A program made the position numbers and the translations under genes. From contig JAYOYH010000025.1 in the NCBI GenBank assembly GCA_038153405.1, forward strand, positions 36,416 through 62,640: a DNA stretch of 26,225 nucleotides, read 5' to 3'. This stretch comes from Gemmatimonadota bacterium (lineage in GTDB: Bacteria > Latescibacterota > UBA2968 > UBA8231). This document shows, in pieces, positions 16,756-26,225 of this stretch. Numbering within the stretch: position 1 is the first letter of the stretch; each line of letters starts with the position of its first letter. The notes under the pieces were generated by a model that made no database searches, was not told where the DNA came from, and saw only the letters and a program-made list of their open reading frames with translations.

Positions 16756-17835
16756 TTAAATTCGCCATTCCCCCCCGTTGCGCTGGTATTTTTTCACCGC
16801 ATACATGTCGAGTTCGCCGCCCAGACCCGGTCCGGTTGGCACGGCGATGCGCTCGCCCCTGCGCTCGGGCATCTGCACGACGAAGTCGTCCACGTGCAGC
16901 GGTGTCGACAATATATCGTGCGGTACCGTAGCCCCATCGGCGACGGCGGTGGCGTGAATATATGTCAAATCGAGAATGCCCAGATCGACGCCCGATCCAT
17001 GCCAGCACGGCTTGTCGGCGGTGCCAGCCGCATCGACCATGCGCACAAATTCGACCATGGAACCGGGTGAACAGTTGAAGATGTCGGCTGCGTCGGCGGC
17101 CAGTGCCTGGATGACGGCGTGCGTCGAGCCCAAGTGCAGAGCGATTTTCGCGCCGGTTTCCCCGCGCAGCTTTTTGTATAAATCGAGTCGATCTTTGGGC
17201 AGCGGATCTTCGATGCACAGCACGTTTAAATCGGCACAGCGGCGCGCCAGTTGCTCCACTTCGTCGTAGCTGTCGTAGCGCTGCATGGCATCGACGATAA
17301 AGTGCAGATCGGGTGCCACTTCGAGCATGCGCTTCAGGCGATCGACTACGTCCATGCCGTGCATCACCTTGATTTTGAGGCAGGAATAGCCGCCTTGGCG
17401 GGCGGCATCGGCAGCGGCTGGCGAATACTCGGGGCTTTGTAAGCCGGCCCAGTAGGAACAGACAACTTCGTCGCGACAGTAGCCACCGAGCAGTTCGCCG
17501 ACGCGCATAGAGCGCATGCGTCCAACCAGGTCGAAGACGGCCGTTTCCACGCAGCGATACGCGTTGCTTCCGCTGCTGGCTATGGGTATACGGCGTAGAT
17601 TGAGCGCGAGCGGGTTGGCGCCCAACAGGCTGCGGCATGCGGTCTCTAAGTCACCCAAAGCCGTGCCGCGCGGCGTTTCGCCGACGCCGTAGTGGCCGTC
17701 TTCCGCGTGCAGGCGGATCAGCAGCTTGGGGACTAGATCCCAGCGCTCGTGTACCTCAGCATATTCGGGGCTGTTGACCATTTCTTGGTGAACAAACTGA
17801 TCGACTTCCCACCATTCAATTCGATCTATTTTCAC
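16756..17835 (-). CDS. Enolase superfamily (mandelate racemase/muconate lactonising enzyme-like) protein
   Basis: DGHYGVGE, ETAVFDLVGR..VGELLGG, LKIK, IVDAMQ, IEDP, VPTGPGLG. GTG start at 17835 with GGAGG RBS, overlapping the upstream TGA (GTGA). Confidence 0.9.
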   Translation of the reverse strand: MKIDRIEWWEVDQFVHQEMVNSPEYAEVHERWDLVPKLLIRLHAEDGHYGVGETPRGTALGDLETACRSLLGANPLALNLRRIPIASSGSNAYRCVETAVFDLVGRMRSMRVGELLGGYCRDEVVCSYWAGLQSPEYSPAAADAARQGGYSCLKIKVMHGMDVVDRLKRMLEVAPDLHFIVDAMQRYDSYDEVEQLARRCADLNVLCIEDPLPKDRLDLYKKLRGETGAKIALHLGSTHAVIQALAADAADIFNCSPGSMVEFVRMVDAAGTADKPCWHGSGVDLGILDLTYIHATAVADGATVPHDILSTPLHVDDFVVQMPERRGERIAVPTGPGLGGELDMYAVKKYQRNGGEWRI

Positions 17836-18593
17836 GCTGTGTTCCCTCCGTTTTTCCGCTGATAGGCGATGGCGTAGAACATATGCGTCCGTTTGCTGCA
17901 ATTGGGTTCGGATCGGTGCCAGGTGTAGTTGCTAAAAAATAGCCCGTCGCCGGGCTGCATTTCAATGAGCATTTCGCGGTCGAAGTCGACCTGCTCGAGG
18001 GGAATGCGATGGCGCTTGAATGGCGTAAAGGCACCGTTTTCCACGTGTCCCATCGGCGGTTCATCGTAATAGGATTCGTGTTCGACGAGTTCCCAGCCGC
18101 GATGCGTTTTGGGCATAACGGCCAAGGCGCTGGCATGGGCGCCGACCTCGGTCAGCGGAATCCAGCAGTTGCAGCCCAATTCGGGCGCGATTTTCCAGTA
18201 GTACGAGTCCTGATGGTAGTAGCTGCAGCCGCCCTGCGCTTCGCTCAACACGTCGTGCTTGATGCCGATTTGGTCGGTGAAGCGCTCTACCGGACCGCCT
18301 AGCAAGGCGGCCATTGCCTCGGCTAGGTTGGCGTGATCGGCGACGTCGGCAAAGACGGTTTCCCGCGTTGCCGGGCGCTGGACTCCAGCCGGCAATGGCG
18401 TGCCGTTTCCCGAGCGATAGCGCTGTGGATCCAATACCTGAAAGTGACCGCTGGGCCACGGCGCCAGCTGTTGTCCTATGTCCAACGCGCGCCGCCGCGC
18501 CGCCTCGATAGAAGCTGGTGGTATGAGGTTGGGAATCAGGCAATAGCCCTCTTCTACGTAGTGCGTTACACTCGCGTCTGAAACTATAGACAT
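17832..18593 (-). CDS. Phytanoyl-CoA dioxygenase (PhyH) family Fe(II)/2-oxoglutarate dioxygenase
   Basis: YVEEGYCLIPNLI, YHQDSYYW (HxD), CWIPL, PKTH, PGDGLFF..WHRSEPN.S.R. ATG at 18593 with GGAGG RBS. Confidence 0.92.
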   Translation of the reverse strand: MSIVSDASVTHYVEEGYCLIPNLIPPASIEAARRRALDIGQQLAPWPSGHFQVLDPQRYRSGNGTPLPAGVQRPATRETVFADVADHANLAEAMAALLGGPVERFTDQIGIKHDVLSEAQGGCSYYHQDSYYWKIAPELGCNCWIPLTEVGAHASALAVMPKTHRGWELVEHESYYDEPPMGHVENGAFTPFKRHRIPLEQVDFDREMLIEMQPGDGLFFSNYTWHRSEPNCSKRTHMFYAIAYQRKNGGNTA

Positions 18594-18666
18594 GGGCTTT
18601 CCTCCCGCGCATAATGGGCCGTGAAATATAGGGAGAACGCAGCGGAGCGCCCAGTGCGTGCGGCCC

Positions 18667-20415
18667 TCATGCGTCCGATGTCGAGTTGGCGCGCAGCACG
18701 TAGGTGCGATCGTCAAAGACAACGTTGTTGCGCAGGGGTATGGTATGTGCACCGCCGGTGATGACGAGTCGGCCATCCAACGCGCTGGCCGCGCCCCACG
18801 CCTGCTGGGTGGGTAGATCGGGACCGCTGCGCCAACTGCGGGTCTGCGGGCTGTAGCAGCGGATGCTGCCATCGCCGAATCCGCCGATGAGCCATACTTC
18901 GCCTTGCCAGGCGGCCAGCAGTGGACCCTGGCCGATGGGCCCTGGCTGCGGCAGGTCGGTATCCCATGTGCCAGCCGCGGTGTCAAAGGCGTAGAAGCCA
19001 TCGATGCTGGCACAGTAGATGGTGCCGTCGAGGGCGCAACCGTGGCCCTGGCGCGTAGGTTCGGGCAGGGGCGTTTCGAGGCGCCAGGCATCCTCGTCCG
19101 AGCCAATGCTCTCGACGGAATCGAGCTTCGGCCCGCTGTTGTGTGCCGCGCCACCGATGGCGTAGATGCGCCCATCGCAGTGCACGACAAAAGGATCGGT
19201 GCGCGCGTGGTGGAGCGATGGCCCGGGCCGCCACGAACGGTTGGCTGGGTCGTATATCAGCACGGTGTAGAGCACCTGCCCCTCGCCGGCCCAGTGCGCA
19301 TGGCGCGTCTCGCCGCCGACGATCCACACGCAGCCGTCCAGTTCGGCAATGCCGCAATAGCGGCGTGGTTCGGGCATGCGGCTTATTACCTGCCAGTAGG
19401 TGCCATCCCAGCAGAATAGCTCATCGAGGACATGCGCGCGCGGCGGCAGGCCCCATTCGCCAGCCCAGCCGCCGGCGACGTAGAGCGCACCGCGACAGGG
19501 CGTCGAGAAGATATCGTGATTGCCGCCGCCCGGCAGGCGGCCGCGCCGCTGAGCCCAGCGCTTCTGCCAGGCGTGATGGTCCGGCTCCTGGCGATAGAGC
19601 GCCTCGTCGGTCGCCGCCCACAGGGCACCGTCCCCGTCGCTGTAGATGCAGCAGGTACCGTCGGGTAGGTCGGCTAGATGGCGCCGATGGATGGCGTCGT
19701 CTGCAGCCGTATCCACTTCGAGCAACTCGCCGCTGGAGAAGGCGACCATCAGCAGGTCGTTGGGCGATCGGCCGACGGCTGTAACGGTGGACCGCGGGCA
19801 GGGCGACTCTACCGCCTGCCAGCCCCTATGCTGTTCGCGCGGACAGAACCGCCGCCACGTCTGCGGACCAACCAGCCAGATATAGCCCATGCTGTCGGCA
19901 AATAGCACATCGCGTGGTTCGGCCGATATCCAGGCGCTCTGCCAACAGTGGGGCGCGTTGGCCGGCAGCACGAGCACGTGGCCCTTGTTCACGCTCCAGA
20001 AATTGCCGTATACGTCGAGCGCGCAGGGCGCCGGTGCGTGCGGCTCGTAGTGGTGTGGATTGGCCACATAGCGGCCGTCGAGACCGCGCCGGCTCGTGCA
20101 GCCTTCTACCCATATGTCGCCGTCGGGCGTGCAGGTAATCTGCTGGTTTCCCTGCGCGCTGCCGGCAAATAGTGCCGTGATGTCGTGTGCGGGCGATTCT
20201 CCCTTGGGCTCCGCGCTGTAAATGCGTGCGCCCTGCGTCCAGTAGATGCGTCCGTCCGGGCCGTGCGCAGCCGCATCTACGGCTGCGCGCGCAACATAGT
20301 GGAGTCGCCCATCGCGCAGACGAGCTAGCCCGTCTGCGTCGATCAGCACCAGTTCGCCTTCATCGGTTTCAAAAAGGGCACGGGGTGCCGCCGTCAGCGT
20401 GCAGATGCGTTTCAT
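18667..20415 (-). CDS. Beta-propeller + Kelch-repeat protein
   Basis: C-half Kelch blades LYVAGG, VWIVGG, IYAIGG, IYCAS, VWLIGG, LVITGG. N-half DG-x-(I/L)-W-type repeats. ATG at 20415 with GGAGG RBS. No signal peptide seen. Confidence 0.85.
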   Translation of the reverse strand: MKRICTLTAAPRALFETDEGELVLIDADGLARLRDGRLHYVARAAVDAAAHGPDGRIYWTQGARIYSAEPKGESPAHDITALFAGSAQGNQQITCTPDGDIWVEGCTSRRGLDGRYVANPHHYEPHAPAPCALDVYGNFWSVNKGHVLVLPANAPHCWQSAWISAEPRDVLFADSMGYIWLVGPQTWRRFCPREQHRGWQAVESPCPRSTVTAVGRSPNDLLMVAFSSGELLEVDTAADDAIHRRHLADLPDGTCCIYSDGDGALWAATDEALYRQEPDHHAWQKRWAQRRGRLPGGGNHDIFSTPCRGALYVAGGWAGEWGLPPRAHVLDELFCWDGTYWQVISRMPEPRRYCGIAELDGCVWIVGGETRHAHWAGEGQVLYTVLIYDPANRSWRPGPSLHHARTDPFVVHCDGRIYAIGGAAHNSGPKLDSVESIGSDEDAWRLETPLPEPTRQGHGCALDGTIYCASIDGFYAFDTAAGTWDTDLPQPGPIGQGPLLAAWQGEVWLIGGFGDGSIRCYSPQTRSWRSGPDLPTQQAWGAASALDGRLVITGGAHTIPLRNNVVFDDRTYVLRANSTSDA

Positions 20416-20436
20416 GTGGTTTGCCTCCCAACCGGA

Positions 20437-20474
20437 CAAAAGGAAGCCGGTCGAATGGTTGATCGACCGGCTTC
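20437..20474 (-). terminator. Rho-independent terminator of icd
   Basis: Perfect 12-bp stem GAAGCCGGTCGA (20443-20454) / TCGACCGGCTTC (20463-20474), 8-nt loop, followed on the minus strand by CTTTTGT. Confidence 0.8.
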
Positions 20475-20500
20475 AAGCGTGGACATCTGTCGCGCAGCGA

Positions 20501-22735
<2,235 letters not shown>

Positions 22736-22871
22736 TTATTCTTTTAGGCAGTGTCGCCTGCGGCTAGGCGATGCGTAGCAAGAGACTATAAAAAATCAGC
22801 TCGTTGGTGGATCGTCAAGGATACGCGCTGCGGCGCGCGCGTTTTCAGACCGTTCAATAGAGGAGGTACGC

Positions 22872-23672
22872 ATGAGACTATCGTGTCAAGAAGGGCTCGT
22901 TCCGGGCGAGAGTTTTGCGGAAAAGTTGCGCAATTTGGAGTCCTACGGATTTGTCGGAGTCGAACTGGCCGGCGCGCAGCTAAACGATGCCGCTGGCCTG
23001 GCCGAGCGCCGCGCCGCGCTGAAAGACAGTCCGATAAAGGCCTCGTCGATATGTGGCGGTTTTGCCGCCGAGATGGTGCACCCCGATCCCAAGCGCCGCC
23101 GCACCTGCACCGACGTGCTTAAGCACTACTTAGACCTGTCGGCCGAATTGGGTGCCGTGGGGCCGATTACCGTGCCCATTTTTAACAGCAACGATCGCCT
23201 GCCCGACCTGTCGCCGTGGAAAACGCAGCACGAAGCCGAGATCGAACTGCTGCGCCACGTGCTGGCCGAACTGGCGGCTCACGCCGAGTCGGCCGGTGCA
23301 CAGCTGCTACTCGAGCCGCTCAATCGCTACGAGTCGAATGCGCTGCGCAACGTCGAAGAGGCCGCCGAGCTGTGCCGCGAAGCGGGCAGCGGCGTGCGCC
23401 TGATGGCCGACTTTTTTCACATGCACATCGAACAGACCAACTCGCCGCAGAGCGTTGCCGCCGTGGCCGATGCACTGGGCCACGTGCACCTAGCCGACAA
23501 TACGCGCAAGGAACCCGGTTCGGGCGATATCGACTTTACCGCGTCGTTTAAGGTGCTGAAAGAAGTGGGTTTTTCCGGCTATATGGCTTTTGAGTGCGGC
23601 CTGACTTCAGCTGCCGAAGAGGCGCTGCCGCGGGCCGTAGAATATCTCAAGGCCTGCTGGGACGCGGCTTAA
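22872..23672 (+). CDS. Sugar phosphate isomerase/epimerase (xylose isomerase-like TIM barrel)
   Basis: LLEPLNRYE, MADFFHM, HVHLAD..RKEPGSG.IDF, MAFE. AGGAGG RBS. Confidence 0.9.
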   Translation: MRLSCQEGLVPGESFAEKLRNLESYGFVGVELAGAQLNDAAGLAERRAALKDSPIKASSICGGFAAEMVHPDPKRRRTCTDVLKHYLDLSAELGAVGPITVPIFNSNDRLPDLSPWKTQHEAEIELLRHVLAELAAHAESAGAQLLLEPLNRYESNALRNVEEAAELCREAGSGVRLMADFFHMHIEQTNSPQSVAAVADALGHVHLADNTRKEPGSGDIDFTASFKVLKEVGFSGYMAFECGLTSAAEEALPRAVEYLKACWDAA

Positions 23673-23974
23673 ATGGCGTAGTCGAATACGAGCACGTCAT
23701 CGGCGATGGGGCGCAGCAGCTCTCTGCCCACCGCCTTGTGCGCTGGATGGGGCAGGTAGGCGTCGCGTGCTGCAGCGTCGGCAAAGGTCATTACAAAGCC
23801 CCAGTCAAAGTCGTGCGCCTTGCTTTCGGGAGAGTTGTTGTCGCCGCCGCTGACCGACTCAATACCGGGAATTAGGTCGTCGCGCTGCAGGGCGACCAGT
23901 CCCTCGAGCAGGGCTTCTTTTTGCGCGGGGGTGGTGCCGGGTTTGAGCCTGAGCAGGACGATGTGCTGGATCAT
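23669..23974 (-). CDS. Dabb family stress-responsive A/B barrel protein
   Basis: MIQHIVLLRLK, IPGI, NSPE, GFVMTFAD..RDAYLPHPAH, LVFDY. Confidence 0.92.
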   Translation of the reverse strand: MIQHIVLLRLKPGTTPAQKEALLEGLVALQRDDLIPGIESVSGGDNNSPESKAHDFDWGFVMTFADAAARDAYLPHPAHKAVGRELLRPIADDVLVFDYAI

Positions 23975-24000
23975 GTAGTGTACTCTCCAAGAGAGGGTGT

Positions 24001-25143
24001 TTAGCTGCGTCGGCGTTCGCGCAGCTCGGCCAGCGTCGTGCAGCCGAGCTGAACCATATTGTTGACTAGGTCGGCCTTGAGCAGCTCGGCCACGTGATTG
24101 CCCCCTCTGCGGCCTAGCGCGGCCACCCCGTACATAAAGGCTCGGCCCAACAGCACGAAGTCGGCACCCAGCGCTAGGGCGCGCGCGATATCCAAACCGC
24201 CGCGCACGCCGCTGTCAAAGAGGATCTCCGCCCGCTGGCCGACCGCTTGGGCGATGGCCGGCAGCACGTCGATGGCCGCCGGCGCACCGTCGAATTGGCG
24301 GCCGCCGTGGTTGGAAACCATAATACCGTCAAAGCCAATTTCCACCGCGCGCTCGGCTTCTGCCACTGTCATGATGCCCTTGAGCACCAGCGGGCCGTCC
24401 CACTCCAAACGCACGGCTTCTAGGTAGGCCCAGTCGAGCGAGCCGCCGAGTTCGTGACCGATAAAGGTGAGCATGTCGCGCATATCGCTGCCGTCGATGT
24501 ACTTTTCCAGCCCGCGGAAGCGCGGCGAACCGGCCACTAGCGTCGCCCAGCTCCACGCCGGGCGCACCATGCAGCGGTAGAGCATGCGCGGGGTTATTTT
24601 GGGCGGCACTACGACGCCGGCGCGCACCTGTCGTTCGCGCCGGCTGGCCACCGGTACGTCGGCCGTCACCAACAAGGTGGTAAAGCCCGAGTCGCGCGCG
24701 CGACCAATCAAGTCGCGGCGGATATCGGGGCGTCGCGGCGGGTAGAGCTGAAACCAGCCCATGCCGTCGGTCAACGGGCCGATGGTTTCGGGGGCTTCGG
24801 TCGCGGCCGTGCTCAAGGTGTAGGGAAAGCGGTGCGTCGCGGCCGCGCGCGCCAAAATGCGCTCGGCGCGCGGCCACATGAGCGCGGTGAGGCCGACCGG
24901 TGAAACGCCAAAGGGCACGGCGTAGTCTACGCCAAAGAGGTGCGTTGCCAGCTGGGGTTCAAACGCGCCCTTCATAAATTCCGGCACCAGCGTAATGGCC
25001 TGAAGCGCCGCGCGGTTGCGCTGCACGCACTCATCGGCGCCGGTGCCGCTGTCGATGTATTCCCAAGCAAAGTGGGGAATGCGCCCCTTGGCCCTTCGGC
25101 GCAAGTCCTCAACGGACGGATATCGATTCAGCAGACTGGCCAT
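24001..25143 (-). CDS. FMN-dependent alpha-hydroxy acid dehydrogenase/oxidase (LldD-like)
   Basis: WEYIDSG, SPVG, WFQLY, VTADVP..RRER, LVLKGI, VSNHGGRQFD, DSGVRGG.DIARALALGA..LLGR. Confidence 0.93.
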   Translation of the reverse strand: MASLLNRYPSVEDLRRRAKGRIPHFAWEYIDSGTGADECVQRNRAALQAITLVPEFMKGAFEPQLATHLFGVDYAVPFGVSPVGLTALMWPRAERILARAAATHRFPYTLSTAATEAPETIGPLTDGMGWFQLYPPRRPDIRRDLIGRARDSGFTTLLVTADVPVASRRERQVRAGVVVPPKITPRMLYRCMVRPAWSWATLVAGSPRFRGLEKYIDGSDMRDMLTFIGHELGGSLDWAYLEAVRLEWDGPLVLKGIMTVAEAERAVEIGFDGIMVSNHGGRQFDGAPAAIDVLPAIAQAVGQRAEILFDSGVRGGLDIARALALGADFVLLGRAFMYGVAALGRRGGNHVAELLKADLVNNMVQLGCTTLAELRERRRS

Positions 25144-25191
25144 GGAGCGCCCCCGTTGGACCTCACTTCGGACGTATGCGCAGCGCTGATC

Positions 25192-26163
25192 CTAGGCGTA
25201 TACGGCTTGAATCATAGCATTGATATAGCCGAAGCAATAGGAGTACGACTGATAGTAGCCCTGCGGGTCGTCGGCGCTGCGCGGCACGTGATCGGGGTCG
25301 ATGCCGTAGCAGTAGCCTACGTCCTTTAGCGCTTTGAGCACTTTGAAGAAGTCCATATCGCCCTCATCGGGCAGTGCTTCGCGGAAGCTGTAGCGCTTGC
25401 CGAGCAGGTTGCGATAGTGCACCAAGAAGATCGTGTCGCGGCTACCAAAGTACTCGATAAACGGGAAGACCTCGGTAGCTGAGTCCTCAAGCATCTCGGC
25501 GATGGAGCCGACGCAGAAGTTCCAGCCGTGATAGGGGCTGCGCTGAATTTCGATAAAGCGCTTCATGCCCTCGAAATCGTTGAGCACCTTGTCGACGCCC
25601 TTGTAGCCGGGCGGAACGGGTGGGTCTTCCTGCGAGTTGCCCATGCGCACCTTGCACTCCTCGGCCACCGGAATCATGCGCTCGAGCAAGTACTCGATGC
25701 GCTCCCAGTGCATTTCCGCCGTGACGCGTCCGGCGTCGGTCAGCTTGGCCTGCTCTTCGGCGGGAATCTTGTCGAGTCGGAACGCCGTGTGCATAAAGCC
25801 GCCGCGTCCCTCTTCCTGTTCGGTGCGGTCAATGGGCAAGATACAGGTGTTGTAGCGCAGCGAGTCGACGCCGGCGCGCGATGCGGTGCGAATCATTTCG
25901 CAGACCAGGTCGATTTCCCGATCGCGTTCGGGACTCTTGCCGTAGTAGATGATGTTGGGTAGGTGCTCGTAGATGGGCAGCGAGGACATATCGAGCGTCA
26001 TGCCAAAGGCTTCGTGGCGCTCGCGTTCCTGTTCCAACTCGTCGAGCTTCCAGCCGATGCCCTCGTGAAAGGGGAAGCGCGCCGCCTTGTGGCGCACGCC
26101 GTTGCGCTGCAGAAAGCGCAGTTCGGCATCGCTCGAACCAAAACCCTGCGTGCGCACGTACAT
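25192..26163 (-). CDS. Mannonate dehydratase (UxuA)-like protein, divergent
   Basis: RDREID..IR...G..YN, WERIEYLLE..IPVAEE, EDPP, NFCVGS, VHYRN, EGDMD, PDHVP, FGYINAM. Confidence 0.82.
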   Translation of the reverse strand: MYVRTQGFGSSDAELRFLQRNGVRHKAARFPFHEGIGWKLDELEQERERHEAFGMTLDMSSLPIYEHLPNIIYYGKSPERDREIDLVCEMIRTASRAGVDSLRYNTCILPIDRTEQEEGRGGFMHTAFRLDKIPAEEQAKLTDAGRVTAEMHWERIEYLLERMIPVAEECKVRMGNSQEDPPVPPGYKGVDKVLNDFEGMKRFIEIQRSPYHGWNFCVGSIAEMLEDSATEVFPFIEYFGSRDTIFLVHYRNLLGKRYSFREALPDEGDMDFFKVLKALKDVGYCYGIDPDHVPRSADDPQGYYQSYSYCFGYINAMIQAVYA

Positions 26164-26225
26164 GCGCTTCTCGCCGTTGGCAGACTGTCCGGATGGGCCG
26201 GCAGCCGAAGCGGCAGCCTCACCGG

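Noticed and set aside
16745..17638. 297-aa Arg-rich minus-strand ORF
   Set aside because: Alternative frame of the enolase-superfamily gene.
18594..19190. 199-codon N-terminal extension of the PhyH ORF (452-aa call), possible Kelch-PhyH frameshift fusion
   Set aside because: Overlaps the Kelch gene in another frame with low-complexity Ala/Arg/Pro content. PhyH has its own ATG and RBS at 18593, and no slippery site was seen.
22754..22771. Small hairpin TCGCCT-N6-AGGCGA upstream of icd
   Set aside because: Only about 6 bp in GC-rich DNA with no other support for a regulatory RNA.

Overview
High-GC bacterial chromosomal window with about 22 CDS and no rRNA, tRNA, CRISPR array or mobile element that I can recognise. 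Left to right: (1) a stand-alone groEL (no adjacent groES) behind a sigma70-type promoter and a CIRCE-like operator with a 10-nt spacer, divergent from lipB-moaC; (2) a tightly packed minus-strand 8-gene run: mfd, PrsA/PpiC-like lipoprotein, surA, S4 RNA-binding protein, SAM methyltransferase, DHH phosphoesterase, argF-like carbamoyltransferase, OmpA-domain protein; (3) a lower-GC block (about 12450-16740) with a small membrane protein and two paralogous signalling proteins, REC-REC-X and REC-X-HDOD, sharing an unnamed ~143-aa receiver-like domain X, with no kinase nearby; (4) a double beta-propeller/Kelch protein, a PhyH dioxygenase and an enolase-superfamily enzyme with an atypical active site; (5) monomeric NADP isocitrate dehydrogenase; (6) a TIM-barrel epimerase, a Dabb protein, an FMN alpha-hydroxy acid dehydrogenase and a UxuA-like dehydratase with an altered metal-ligand motif. 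Block 3 is the best candidate for an undescribed system, followed by blocks 4 and 6. All family calls come from motif recognition by eye. No database searches were run.
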